Assembly: GCA_030265395.1 (NCBI GenBank)
Contig: JARFYF010000054.1
Span: forward strand, 22,692,297-22,756,296
Reading direction: 5' to 3'
DNA from: Rhina ancylostomus
Taxonomy: Eukaryota
DNA length: 64,000 nucleotides
Under the pieces are notes generated by a model. It was given only the letters and a program-made list of their open reading frames with translations, had not been told where the DNA came from and made no database searches. Below are positions 24,735-38,046 of the stretch, one piece after another (the first letter of the stretch is position 1; the number at the start of each line of letters is the position of its first letter). A program made the position numbers and the translations under genes.

Positions 24735-27700
24735 AATCATAGAATCATCTCTGTGCAGAAAGAGGTAATTCTGCCATTTAATCCATGTCAGCTCCTTGAA
24801 GAACAATGCAATCAACCCCATTTCTACCATTCTTTCTCCTTAGGCCTGTAAATTGTTTTTGCTCAAGTGCCCATCTCAATCCTTAATCCTTTCAGAATCC
24901 TGAAAATGCTGCAGAGAGTCAGCGGGGTCAGACAGCATCTGTGGAGATAGAAACGGAGTCAACCTCAGAGGTCATGGACTATTCAGAACTTGACTCCGCT
25001 CACAATCAGCTGAAATGACATTAACTCTGTCTCTCTCATCACAGGTGCTGCCCAATCTGCAGAGTGTCCCCAGCATTCTCTTTTCTCACATTTCCAATAT
25101 TTGCCCTTTTTGAAACCCCTCATAGACGCTATTTCTACTCACCTTACAGTCGTGACTACCAGATACTGGTACTGGATACGGAACCCAGTTTGGGCAAATG
25201 GGAATAGTGTAGATTGGCATAAAGGTTGGCATGGTGGGCAGAAGTGCTATACAACTCTATGACCAGAACCACTTTCTCACTGTACAAAGAAGTTTTTCTT
25301 CTTATTTTCCCCCCCCCCCCCACATATCATTTACCTACCATTTGAATTTGTGTCACCTAATCCTTGAACCACTGGATAATGGGAACAGCTTTCATCTAAA
25401 CTATCTTAACTCTATCAAATCAACTCTCAACTTTCTTTGCTGCAAGGAAAACAACCCCATTTTTTCCACTCTAACTTTAGAGCTAAAATTCTTTGGTCCT
25501 AGGAAGAACACCAGTAAGTATCTTTACATCCACTGTAGACGTTCACATTCTGTTTAAAATGCAATGAAGAGAATTAGAAGTAATGTTCCAGTTAAGGCCT
25601 AACCAGCGTTTTATTCAAATTCAATATGACCTCCCTGCCTTTTGTGCTAATGCCTCTGTTTACTAAGCCCAAACTTCAATGCCCACCAAATTTAGTGGCC
25701 AGTCTTGAGCCAGGTTCAAGGATTGGGATGGCTTTGATCAGGCATGAGCTATGACTGAAAGACTGAGGGGAAGACATGATGTCTTGTGCCGTGGTGCATG
25801 GTGTGGTGGTGGTGGGGGGGAAGACACAGGGACTGGAGAAAAGCTGCGTTTGGGGGAAAGGGAAAGTGGAGAAACATCAGAGGTCTGTACCTTAAGCTGG
25901 AAGTTGGGGTGAGAGTGATTCCATTGAGGGTCAAATATGTGGAGTGGATATTGAGGCATTCATTGAGAGCTTTGTGGGATTACAGGGTCAGGAGACTGGG
26001 GAAGGAGAAGGTCAGGGCTTGGTGAGTCTGGGCTGTTGGGCGCTGGTCTCGGAGAGCTGTGGGTTTGGTATATCACAAGATCAGATCCTTGGCTTTGATG
26101 GAGTGCAGATTTGGAATGAGGTTGAGGTTAAGGTTCAAGGGGTTGGAGCCTGGTTGTCACAGTTCTGAGACTAGGTGGGGTGGGTTGTTGCTACAGTGGT
26201 GGGAGAAGGCCCATAAAATAAATAAATCCTCACTGATGGCTGTCCCATCCAACACAGCACTGGGAAGACCAGGTAGTCCTTCACTTTCATGGTGACATCA
26301 AAGGTTCATTTTACTCCGAGGGGGTGGGGTGGGGAGGGAAGCAAAATCAATCTTCAGTCATATATGCTCAAACAAAGTGTGTTACATGATTAAATTTATA
26401 GGGTCACATGCATTATGAATTGTTTTCTCATCATGTCCTGCCATGTGTATATCTAGGTTCCATGCTTTAGTTTCTTTTCTTCCCCCTTGTTCTTTACGCT
26501 AAACTGTATCACTTCACACTTTTCTCCATATTACATTTCTTCTGCCTCTCGTCTGCCCTTTCTGCCAACCTGTCTGTGTTCTCTCACAGTCTATTCCCAT
26601 CCTCCTTACTGGTTACCACACAATATGTTTTGTATTGCTTGCAGAATTTTGAAAGTCCACCCTGCACACTCATATCAAAGTCATGAATACAGCAGCAGTC
26701 TGAATACTGGCCCATGGGATAACAGGAGATCAGTTCTGCCTACCACCTTCCAGTCCATAGAAAATAATTGTTTACCATGACTTTTGGCTCTATTTTGTTC
26801 AATCTATTTCTTATTTGTGCTGCCAATGACCACTTTGTCCCACAGACCTCAATTTTATTAATCAGCCTTTTAAATGGGACTTAATGAAAGTCCTTCTAAA
26901 AAATCCATTGACAACAGTTACTACATTCCCTTTATTAGTTTTCTCTTGTTACCCCATCAAAGAAATCAGCTTAGTGAAGCATTATCTGATTTTAACAAGT
27001 CAATGATGAGTCTCTTTCATTAACTTCAACCTCCAATTGCCACTTAATTTCTTCCCCTGATTATTGCTCCAAGAGCATCCACACCACCAACATTAAACTA
27101 ATGAGCATGTAGATGCCCAGCATATCTTTGCACCCTTTTTCGAACAGGGATGTTGTATTGCCATTCTCCAGTCCTCTGGCCCTATAACTAAGGAGGATTG
27201 GATGACGATGTCATCCCCTTCTGCAACTTCCATTGTCATTTCACTCAGCAGTCTGGGGTGCATTCCACCCAAACCAAGGCCAATCCTTTCTTGTACCATC
27301 TCCTTGTTACTTTTTTACCACATCCATTAGCACATTCTACTAAGACTTTGATAATGTAGCTCTGCCATCTTAGTCCCTCATTGGCTCTGGCCTTGCTCTT
27401 ACTTCCTGTTGACCACAGATGCCTATTAAAGAATTTTGTTTTCCCTTTTATGTCAACTGGTGTGTTATTTACATATTCCTCTTTGTATGTCTTATTTTCC
27501 ATTTTGCCTCCCCTTTCAGCTAACTGTTCTCAATGTGTCAGGGGAATAATTCACCCTGGTTTTCAGCTGAATTATTCCCCTGAAAAACACTTACTTTCCT
27601 TTTGTTTCATTTTTTTTTCTGTGTTTCCTTTCTCCTTTGTAATCAGAAGAGGAAACCTTGACTTTGGTTTCATTACTTTTACTTTTTCACCTGTGGGAAT

Positions 27701-27900
27701 GTACTTTGGGGGAATCTCCTCTCTGAAGCTCTCGCACTATTCCATTACAGCTTTATCTGCCAGTGTTTGGGTTCACGTTCTCTGACTAGATTCCACTCAT
27801 CCCATTGAAGTTAGCCCTTTTTCATCTAAGATTGTTCCTTGCCCCTCTCCATTACTGTTCTAAGCTTTATGATCAATGAGCACTGTTTCCAAGTATTCAT
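24735..27900 (-). mobile_element. Old CR1 LINE with several nested insertions
   Basis: Tail 'aatcatagaatcat..' at ~24735. ORF2 words GGMHPRLLSE..PEDWRMA..KKG (27093-27299) and IKGKTKFF (27245-27502). Interrupted at ~24895-25100, ~25180-25262 and ~25680-26420. Confidence 0.8.
24895..25100. mobile_element. Palindromic Penelope-derived element
   Basis: 'gaaaatgctgcagagagtcagcggggtcagacagcatctgtggagatagaaacggagtcaac' ... inverted 'cattaactctgtctctctcatcacaggtgctgcccaatctgcagagtgtccccagcatt'. Confidence 0.75.
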
Positions 27901-29029
27901 CCACTTGTCTGCATGTAATTCTGAGAATTGTGGAATTTATCATTGATCCAACAACTTCATTGGCTGAATAGTGCTCTGGATGTTGTTAAAGACACACAAT
28001 CTAAGTACAAGTCATTTTTTCTTTCTTGTTTTCATCAGTCTCACTGCTATTGAAATTTTATCTAGAACAAATATCTTGTATCTACCAGATAAAGAATTGG
28101 ATGGGACTTGGGCAAATCTTCTGGAAAAACACTTGGTCTCTGTAGATCTTGGAAAGCTTCTGAAGATATGCTTTAGAATTCAGAATGTACTGTGTAGTAA
28201 AGGATTGCAATTACAAAGATCAAAGCTCACATTCTGTCAAGACAGCCAACAAAACTGCTGAAATTCAAGAGAAAAATCAAATCTTTTCAGAAAACATAGA
28301 AGCCATGATTGAAGTCACTTCTAGCAGTAATTATTTTGGATGTTACTATCAGAACTTCCATCATCAAGTAACATCAGTTGAATTCGAGCATCCTTGGGGT
28401 TTTACCTCAGGAGTTGCTGCACATAAACTTGTGGAATTGTTCGTGTATCCAGAGGCAAGACCAACTGACATGACCTGGAGCTTACACAGTCTTCCTTCAT
28501 CTTCTCATTTGTTGAGAGGTAGCCTTACTCCTTTTGCTTACCATGCTGTTGAGATCTTTGTAATGGGCCATACCTTTCCTGGTAACTCATTTATGACCTT
28601 ACCACAACTGGTGGCCATACCAGGATTGCAAAATCCCTGACTGTATCATTCTAAGTCTCATTAGTAAATACAAGTTTCACCATCACAACAAAGTAACAGC
28701 CCAGGGAGTAGTTATCATTTGTTTTATTGTGGAAACTACTGCATAATGAACACATTATGAAAGCTGCCAGCTAGATGTTGAGGAAATAGAGACATCTTTA
28801 ATGAGGTGCAGTTCTGCTCCACTGGTTGCCTTCTGGCAAGAGGGAATGAAATGTGCCCATTTTTATATGTGAAGAAATTATCAATCTCCCTTATACAATA
28901 GTGATTGACAAATTGTGTGATGTTGCAATTATCCCTGGCTCCTAATTCCACACCATCTCAGAGCTTCTCTTCTGTTCTTTCCTCTCTCACCTGTTGCATC
29001 ACCTCCAACCTTTCTGTGTAGCTTTCATC

Positions 29030-29165
29030 TCTTTTTCCAGTTCTGGTGAAAGGTCATCTACCTGAAATATTAATTTTGTTCTCCAGACATTCTACCTAAC
29101 TTACTGAAAACATTTCAAATATTTTATTTTTTATTTCTGCTTTTCAGAATTTCTGGGACTTTTGT
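29030..29165 (+). mobile_element. Penelope-derived terminal repeat with hammerhead remnant
   Basis: CAGTT-CTGGTGA-A-AGGT-CATCT-ACCT-GAAA-TATT at 29038-29071 with stem II intact, followed by 'ctccagacattctacctaacttactga'. Confidence 0.7.
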
Positions 29166-29499
29166 ATTATTTATGATTAGAAGCATCTTTGAAGTTTAAT
29201 TATGATCCTTCAAAAATATTAGCTGTTCCAAAATACTGTATTCAATAAGCATTACAGGCACTGAATAAACCCAATCCCATCTGTTGTCTTTACTTTTGAG
29301 AAGCTTCTCTCGGACCCCATAAAATGAAAATGATTCCAAGAGAATGCAATGTTCACGTCACTCATGCCCCATTAACTTTTATACTGTGCTATTAGCCAAT
29401 TTCTGAAGATTCTGAGAGTAGGCATTTTGCTAATGGGTATGTCTTTGCTTCCTATCCCAAAGTCCCTGATATACCAAGTGAGTCATCGTGACTATGGCA

Positions 29500-29740
29500 G
29501 TGCCTCCAGTGGAGCTTGCAATGCTTTCCCTGTGACCATGAATTTCCTCCCACATCCCAAAGACATGTTGGTTGGTAGATTAATTGGCTACTGTAAATTG
29601 CAGGTGGATGTAGAATCTGAGCTGAATTGATGGGAATGTAAGTAGAATAAAATGTGATTAGTGTCTCATTAATGTAAACGTGTGCTTGACTGGCAGTGCG
29701 GACTCAATGGGCCAAAAGGCCTGTTTCTATATCGTATGAC
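29500..29740 (+). mobile_element. HE1-type SINE (5'-truncated)
   Basis: 'ttccctgtgaccatgaatttcctcccacatcccaaagac..taattggctactgtaaattg..gactcaatgggccaaaaggcctgtttctat'. Confidence 0.85.
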
Positions 29741-31149
29741 GCTAGGAATATCAGAGTAGTTAAATTCTGTAAAATGCATTCACAGTTGATTATAACACAC
29801 TCTGTGGAGGGTGTTTGAGCAGACCACAGCCACTTTTGAAAGTGCCTAGTCAAGTCTCCAAATGTCAGCAGTGTCCCCTTAAACATCTAAAAATGCAGCA
29901 GAGTAGTATAATATGTGCTAGTTTCAATGAGACTATTCAATGACAGTATAATTTATGTTGAGAAGGATGGAAGCGGTAATCATATGAATAATTATACAAG
30001 TACGTGTTTGACTGACACCAGAAAAGTGTCAGGTGCAGTAATGTGAATAGTGCATGAAATATCAAGTCCAATTTCACGCCTGGCAAATTTTCTCACTGAA
30101 ATGATCATCGTTGTATCTATTCCAGATAAAGCTGAAAATTGAACCAGGAGACACCTACAAAATGGGTGCTTTGTGATCCAATTTACAGGCTAGTTGTTGA
30201 CTTCTTTGNNNNNNNNNNNNNNNNNNNNNNNNNNNNNNNNNNNNNNNNNNNNNNNNNNNNNNNNNNNNNNNNNNNNNNNNNNNNNNNNNNNNNNNNNNNN
30301 NNNNNNNNCTTGAGGTGAGCCCTGTGCTGGGGGTGCTGATGTGGAGTCACAAACTAGAAAGAAATGCGGGTTCTGAGTTAGACTGGATTATGTAGTTTGA
30401 TGTGATGGTAAATGCAAAGAGAAATTAATTCAGACAGGCACTGTATTATAGACATATAATCATTCTCATTCTGATTGTGCTCTATGAATTATTAGCTCAA
30501 CTTGGATATTTCCAATTAAGTGAAATCACTAACTTGAAGTCAGGCTAAATGAATCAGTTGGGAGACTAGCTGCTCACCAGATGGGGGGGGGGGGAAACTT
30601 GCAGTGATGGCGCATCCCATCTCTGGGGGAAATGAATGAAAACACGGCAATAACAGATGCTATGGAAACCACTTAGATTCTCTCTAATAAGCAGTAGAAA
30701 GGTTACAAAAAAAATCACTTGGCTATAATCCAGTGGGATTCAGGTCCTCCTGTCAACCAAAGTCAGTTTTGTAGCTTTCACATGGTTCTTTTTAAATTCA
30801 TAAGTATCTTCAGCAAGAAGAGTTGACGTGTGGGTTTTTAACTGAACTGTACCATTTTTTAGACCAACTGTGAAATAAAAAAAATGTTCCAGCAGGCTAC
30901 TAAGATTGATAACCCAGCTAATATATGTTTGTATCTTTCTTATTCCCTGGTGTCTGCACAAGATCAGGAGATAGATTTGGATGAATAGGATCCTTTAGCT
31001 CATTTTATCTCATTCTTTGCATCACCAAGTATTATTACAACACCTAGATGTTGAAAGGAGTCTCACTAGCTGAAACTGCTTTGGGTTTCCTTTCTTTATC
31101 CTGATTAAGTACTTTATTGTTGCTAATTCAAGTAGATGTGCACAACATT

Positions 31150-31366
31150 TTCTCATCCCAAAGATGTGGATTTTGGCAGGTCAATTTGCCACTGTAAATT
31201 GCCTGTAGCAGGTAGGTGAGTGGTAGAATCCTGGGGAAGTTGATCAAAATGTTGAGAAAATAGAAAATGGAATTAATGTAGGATTGATGTAAATGGGTGA
31301 TTGATGGTTGGCATGGACTCACTGGGCCAAATGGCCTGTTTCCATACTGTGTTGCTCTGTGACTCT
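31150..31366 (+). mobile_element. HE1-type SINE 3' part
   Basis: 'ctcatcccaaagatgtg..cactgtaaattgcc..ggttggcatggactcactgggccaaatggcctgtttccatactgtgttgctctgtgactcta'. Confidence 0.85.
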
Positions 31367-31639
31367 AATTTTCCTTTAGTCCATCCATGCAACAGCAAGA
31401 TCAAGCTTAGGTATTTCCTTCAGTGTGTAGTACATTATAACTGGCTGTTGAACTTCTGATTGATCTAGTATCAAATTCTGTGGGATATTTGTAAGAGGTA
31501 ACTGCCTTTTCAAAAACCATTGTCTTCTCAAATTTTGTGCTAACCTGTAAATACAATGACCCTCCACTAAAACTGCACTTCAGGTCATATGTTGAAAAAA
31601 TACCACAAACCGTTACGTGCCATTGCAGCAAAATTCAGG

Positions 31640-33010
31640 ACCTGCCTGAGGCCCCAGACTTTCCCGCAGAACGTGTGAAGGAATAGGCTGTGTCTGGGGG
31701 GATTGTAGTTAGATGAGAGAGGGATGGCTGCCTGAGAACTGTTTGAAAATTATGAAAGGGTCAACCATCAGGAATTCGGAGGGGTGCAGATGATGCCTGG
31801 CAACCACGTCAGGAGATGATGTGATTGTTTGGGGGGGGATGAGTTGGTATCCTTGGAGTGGGATGACGCTACGTAAGAATCTAATCAAGACCAACACATT
31901 GAAAACATGGAGACCAATGATAGTCACTTCTTGAATCAAAGCTTGCTTTTTTTGAAGGGATCGTTGCTGTGTAATAAAATGCACATGGCCTTCAGAATGG
32001 AGGTCATGATCTCCTGTGAGAGCATGGAGATGGAATTCTCCATGACCTCCCATGTTTGCAAGGCAGGCCTGAGAATACACTCATGATCTCATGGTGCATT
32101 TACTTTGACATCCCATTCGTGGTCCTCATCTGGGCCCTCTGGGGAACTATGGATGCATGGGTTCATCCTGTGGTAAGTCCCCCAGCTTCCCTTTAGCTGG
32201 TGCCACACTGCAGCCTGGTGGCGCCTTATGTTTCTCCCTATGACATGTGTCCCTCTAACTTGTTCTGCTCATCCCTTCTGGTGACAGGCTCTGAAGTGGT
32301 GCTGTGGGCTGTCAGCTGCAATGATGCACTTTGATCATCATCACTGTGCCCCAGTGAGGGGGATGGGGGGGCACCTTTCCAAAAACCCTGCAAAGATAAA
32401 ACAGTTGATGGCTTTGTCCAAAACACCTTTAAGGTGACACTGCAGAACAAACAAAGTGAGGACGTCTGCTGTTGATCAAATCAGAGGCGATGTAGGAATC
32501 ACAATGAAATGGTGTTTGAGCTTATTCTGCGGAATCTTCTCCACAAGCTGACTGAGGCTCTGGACTTGCAAGGGATCCTTCCTGTTCCTTATTGTTTTAG
32601 TCTAAATGGAAGTGATAAAAACCATGGAGTAGCCTTTTCATTAACCTATCTTTGGAGGTGGGGAGATAGGCATTCGATGGCAGGACTAGGATGGAGGGTG
32701 GTATGTTCTGGAGTTTGGATGGAGTGACTGCATTGAAGTGTGTGGACATCTCCAGCTACATGCTACAGTTGGTGTCCCTGGCAGGTCTTCTAGCCTCCTG
32801 GCATATACAGGAACTTCATCATTCACCCTGAAACTGAGAGCTCTCTGCCTGTGCCTGGCAACCTCTACTTCCTCCATGACAGCCTAGATGCCTGTGGTGC
32901 CCTGGATAGTCTGCCTTTAAAGGCCGACACCCCTCTGAATGCTGCACGGCAAAGTGACAGCAGCTGTGCTGAGTACAATGTAATCCCATCAGAGGCCACA
33001 CATCTCAATT
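31640..33010. mobile_element. Fossil Harbinger/PIF DNA transposon (transposase on +, Myb/SANT gene on -)
   Basis: Plus strand, frameshifted: FP..RVKG-IGC (~31660), GADDA (~31785), GDE-YPWSGMTLRKN (31835-31880), LKGSLLC (31952), matching HARBI1 FP.V.GAIDC / GS.HDA / GD.GYP...LMTP..N / LK.RFRC in order. Minus strand 32500-32900: AVMEEVEVAR..ALSF and LEMSTHFNAV (Myb-like). Confidence 0.5.
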
Positions 33011-34849
33011 TAGCACATCCTTCTGGATATAAGCCACCCTTTCTCTGTTGCAAACATCTTTTTGACCAATGTTGTGATTTTTCTCTTGANNNNNNNNNNN
33101 NNNNNNNNNNNNNNNNNNNNNNNNNNNNNNNNNNNNNNNNNNNNNNNNNNNNNNNNNNNNNNNNNNNNNNNNNNNNNNNNNNNNNNNNNCTTTTTGACCA
33201 ATGTTGTGATTTTTCTCTTGAGAGGAACCCAATTTGGCATCATAGCTATGCAGAACTATGTCTTAGCACATCAAATGTAGGTGAAATCAACCTCTAAGTA
33301 TAAGCTTCCCTGATTTTGGACTGGCAGAGTCTGTCCATTATATATAATCTTCCTGAACTTGAGAATGGATGTTTTGCAATCTATTGCCATTTCTCATTAA
33401 GTATCCTGGAGTATGGTTTATCAATAGCATGGGATTTACAGTTTACAGCTCTTCAGCATAGTTACAGGTTGTGCTTCAGTGATGATCATGTGCTGGGCAT
33501 GGTCCCTATTATAGTCTTACATTGTACACTCTTGTTGTCTTCTCCATTTAAAAATAAGGTCTCCAAGAACTAGTGACAGTTTTAGCCACTTAGCAAAAGA
33601 AAATTGAAGTGGATTGGTTCAATTAAATTTGCATTGATAATTTTTCTCAAGGTTATCAAATTTGGAGAATGTCATTTAACAAATGCATTGAGGTTTTACT
33701 CTTCCTGGGATTTTTCATTCATTATAGTTGGGATTTTCAGTAGGCATGAAATTTAAGAAATATTTGGCAATTTTTCATTGAAATATAGTGGGTATAGGAG
33801 ACCATTTCTCAGTATGAGGATCCAGATAGCAGGAAAGACTTCCAGTGTTGCCATAACAACCATTACAATTGTCGTCCTTTTGATGACAATATGTACTTGC
33901 AAAGACACAGTAACTGAGCAGTTATTCATTAAGTAGAGACTGTGCAATGCACGAACAAATGCTGAAACAGCCTCTAAAAAGTACTTATTTCATTAGTTGT
34001 AATTATATTAGCTTAATTTTAGTCTGCTCTGCATCACTTGGGGAAAGCTTTCTGCTACGAATCCACAAAGCAATATCACCTCATTTAAGGGAATTAAAGT
34101 TAGGTGAAGTAATTGAATTCATTTAGTCGAATGAGTACAACAAATTATTTGTAATTAAATATAGATAATTCTTTTGAAATGGGTTTTTATGGTGCAATAT
34201 TCTTTATATTTTAGAGAGGATGGTTTTAAATCAAAACTAATTCAAGACTGTCTTAACATATCAAGTTAGGTAGGTCTCTACAGATACTGCTTTGCTGGTA
34301 TTATTATTTCCTTCCTTTGGGAATGAACTAATAGGAATTGCATTTTGTGAAAATAAAAGCTAACATTATGGGTGGATGTTTCAAGGAACATTTTTCATAA
34401 GGGAGCCATTAATTGTATGTGTGGTAAGGGATATTGGCTAACAACTATAGGCCTTTCAAAAGAATTGTATTTCCTATCAATATTAAAAGTAATTCCAGAA
34501 CAAGTAACTGTGCTGCTATTGATCCCGGACCATATTACATTCACCATTTATGCAGGAACCCATTATAAAAGCATTAAACAACTCCAGACAACTCTACATA
34601 ACACACTGGACACTAGGTTTTTACATTGTCAATTTTTAATAAGTTTCATGCCTCAGTAAATTATCTGAAGCCACAAATAAAGGATACAGACAGGCCATGT
34701 TTAATTTGGTTGTATTGCTATCTATTAGATTCCCTGAATACTGAGACCCAGCTTATCTATCACTTCTAGTGTCAGTGATGCATGCAATGGCACAACCCCT
34801 CCATTTGTATCTGCCTGATTTTAAAGGCATGACCTCAGGATAACTCAAA

Positions 34850-35225
34850 ATGCTTTATTACCGATGAAGTACTTTGAAATGTGGTCACTATTTTGATGTA
34901 GAAAATTCAGCAGCTAATTTGTGCTTTGCTAGATCCCCAAAACAGCAGTGGCTTCTTGTCGGGTCATCAGTATTGACTGAGGGATTATATAGTGAGCAGT
35001 ACACCACGGGAAAGGACAAATCTCCCACTTCCTTGAAAATATTGTCAAAGGATCTTTTACCTCCACCCAAGAGGGCTGTAGGTTCATCAGTTTAGCTAAC
35101 CATCCAAAGGATTGCAACTGACAATGCAGCACTACCTCACTAGTGCACTGAAGCACCAACCTGGATGTTCTGTTCTAGTGTCTGGAACTAGAATTGAAGC
35201 AACTTTTTGGCTCAGAGGTGAGCAT
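34850..35225 (-). mobile_element. SacSINE1-like Deu-domain SINE
   Basis: Reverse complement of the Deu consensus: 'gatgaagtactttgaaatgtggtcact..ggatcttttacctccacccaagag..gacaatgcagcactacctcactagtgcactgaag..tggctcagaggtgag'. Confidence 0.85.
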
Positions 35226-37454
35226 CACCATCTGAAACCTGGCTCATGCCTAATTTTAGTTGCATCTGAAATGAATATGGTTTTGGTACACCTGGAAGTT
35301 TTAAGTGCATGTGTCGGCCATTCATTCATGCGAAGTTCCATGTCTCCTACGTGGTTGATTGGCCGTAGAATATTTTGTGATTATCCACCATGTTGCCCAA
35401 CTGCTTTGCAGTTACCATCTTGTGAAAAACACAACAAACAAACTGTATTCATAAAGACTTGGTGTGTTGTGCATTTCTGAAAATGGAACCATAGTTTCCC
35501 TTCCTTCACATAAGGCATTTTATCTTGGAAAAGAAAATGATTTTCAGAGCCTTTGGCAATAACTTTGAAGTCTGACAGACAGGAATGTAGCTTGTGATTC
35601 CAATATACTCTGCCTTTTTCAATTTTGATTTTTAGCCTAGCATTTGATAACAACAATTTGCCTTAAGCATGCAGTGAAGAAAGTCGGCTTTTGGTACATG
35701 GGCCAGAGAAGGACTGTCACAAGCAACAATTTATGGAACACGACTCATCATCCCACTGTTTAGGCAAGTACTTGGCATTCAGCTGGAAGAGGATTAAATA
35801 AACTGAGGCAATTTCTTACTCCTTAAAGAAGGGTGCATATTTTGGATGTTGAATGGTAATATGTACCAGTTTATGGATCTTGCATTAAAGAAAATATACT
35901 TTATTACGTGGTGTCATCAATTGAGTCATGGGTAACACCTGATTTTCATTGCATATGGATTGAATCTGTTTTCATATATTTATAAATCAGAATGGATAGA
36001 GGTTCTGAGATACTTTGATTCAGGCAGTGGCTTTAACTTGTAATTCAATAACCAAGGACTTTACAATTACAAAATTTACTGTGCATGATGGATAGAATCA
36101 AGGTTATGGACTGTTTGCTGAGTAGCATTTAATAAATACTTTTTAACTAACAAAAAATCTGTGGATGTAGGAATCAGAAAATGCTGGAAATAAACAGAGC
36201 CAGTTAGCATATGCAGATAGAAAAACAATTTGTATACTTTTTATCAGAGCAGGGGTCTGAACAATAAACAAATAAGTATTTTCTTGATGTCTGTAGTGTA
36301 CAGCAATAACATGAGATATTTTGGTTCCAGGAATTAATGGAAGAATCAAAATGTCTGCAGATTATTTTGTTCAAGTACAGATATAGCTTAAGTTGTTGGT
36401 GACATGGTTAAACGAGGCAACATGAAACAAAAAGACAGTTAAGCAGGCATTAGGTGTTTTACTTTTGTTATGTTGCTCACCGAGAACAGACATTAAGGAA
36501 GTTTCAAATTGCAGGGTCTCAAAGATTTGAGGAAAAAGCCAGAGATGAAAAGGGTGAAATCAAAATAAATTGTGATTAAGTGATTGTAACCTTGTAAAAT
36601 TATCCCAATGCTGGCACAATGCTTGTGCAGCACTGAGCAGAAATCACTGTAATANNNNNNNNNNNNNNNNNNNNNNNNNNNNNNNNNNNNNNNNNNNNNN
36701 NNNNNNNNNNNNNNNNNNNNNNNNNNNNNNNNNNNNNNNNNNNNNNNNNNNNNNTGTAATAGATCTATGTGAGCAATATAACCCACAGTAAGTTGGCTTC
36801 TTTTAATCTATCAGAAATTTTAATAACCTGATATCTTTACAAATTTACATCTGTATTTTTTTAAACCAAAGGCTTAGTGAAAAACTGATCAAAAATCCCT
36901 GGGATTCATCCAAGTAACAGATACTGTTCAATAAGTGACTCGGGTTTTAACATTCCCCTTGGGAGCTATAAGAAAACAGTGTTATAGTGATTGGCAGTGC
37001 ATAGTACAATTTAAGTAGCTGCTTATCAGCTAAAATGGCATAATTTATTATTTATTTAAATAAGTTCTGTTACTGCTAAGTGCTTGTAGCATTTAGAGGA
37101 TTCCACATACTGCACAGCCTTGGTGGATAATGAGTACAAATGAGGGGCATTTAATGTCGCAGATACTTGTCTGAAACGGCCATTAGAGTTTTGGCATCAC
37201 TTTGCTGTGAAACTGTAAAAGTTTCCAAGAATTCTGACCTTTCTTTTAGTTGACCAGATAACTTGCTTACAGAGTAAGAGACTCAGTGGGGGGAATATGT
37301 CTCCCTTGAACTATTTTAATTCACTGCTGATGGCAGAAGTATTTGCACTTTGTGATCAATTAACTGAATAATAGGTCAGCCGGGACCACTACAAAAATTT
37401 GTCAGCACGCCTTCATCGAATATCCATGATATTCGATGTTCTTAGAGTGGTCCC

Positions 37455-37780
37455 AACTGCTCCTGTCTCTTTGCAGAGATGAATGTTTGCAACCACTTCT
37501 CAGGTTACTGGTGCAAGGGGTGGTGGGGAGGAGCTGAAGGATGGAGGGGAAGGAATCAAGGTGGTAAGTGCAACAGAATGGGGGCTGACTAAAAGTATGT
37601 CTGTCCATGTGTTCGGTTGGTGTGTGTGTCCACTAAGTCTGTGCAGCAATCTGTGGTCTTCAATTGTCTTGTTCCTCCTTGCCACTGTAGCAAGATCTTG
37701 CTCTGTTAAGTCCGTGTGTTTTCTGGTGTGCACTGGCCACCCTGCATTAAAAGAATTCTTGCACGGATAACTTCTACTTC
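37455..37780 (-). mobile_element. Possible Harbinger Myb/SANT gene remnant
   Basis: The minus strand has 'gcagggtggccagtg' and 'agatcttgctacagtggcaagg' (RSW.QC-like after frameshift), then a pyrimidine-rich intron-like tract. Weak similarity only. Confidence 0.3.
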
Positions 37781-38046
37781 TCAGACCTGAAGTGGAAGCC
37801 AGTCATCCCTGACCCCAAGGACTGTCAGAGAAGATGATGATAACTTCCTGCCTTTTGCAGTTAGTGCATCTATTTATAAAGACAAGAATCCCACGTGCTT
37901 TCTGATATTTATCCAGTGAGAAGGATTCAGTTTTGACCATCAGTGTTAACTCTGCCTCCTGTTAAACACACTGTCCAATTTTCTTTTATGTTGAAGGATT
38001 CTCAGAAGTCATGGTCAGATATAGCATTGACTAGATAGAGAATAAA

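Noticed and set aside
33058-33221. Exact 32-bp direct repeat
   Set aside because: Flanks a 100-N gap; assembly artefact.
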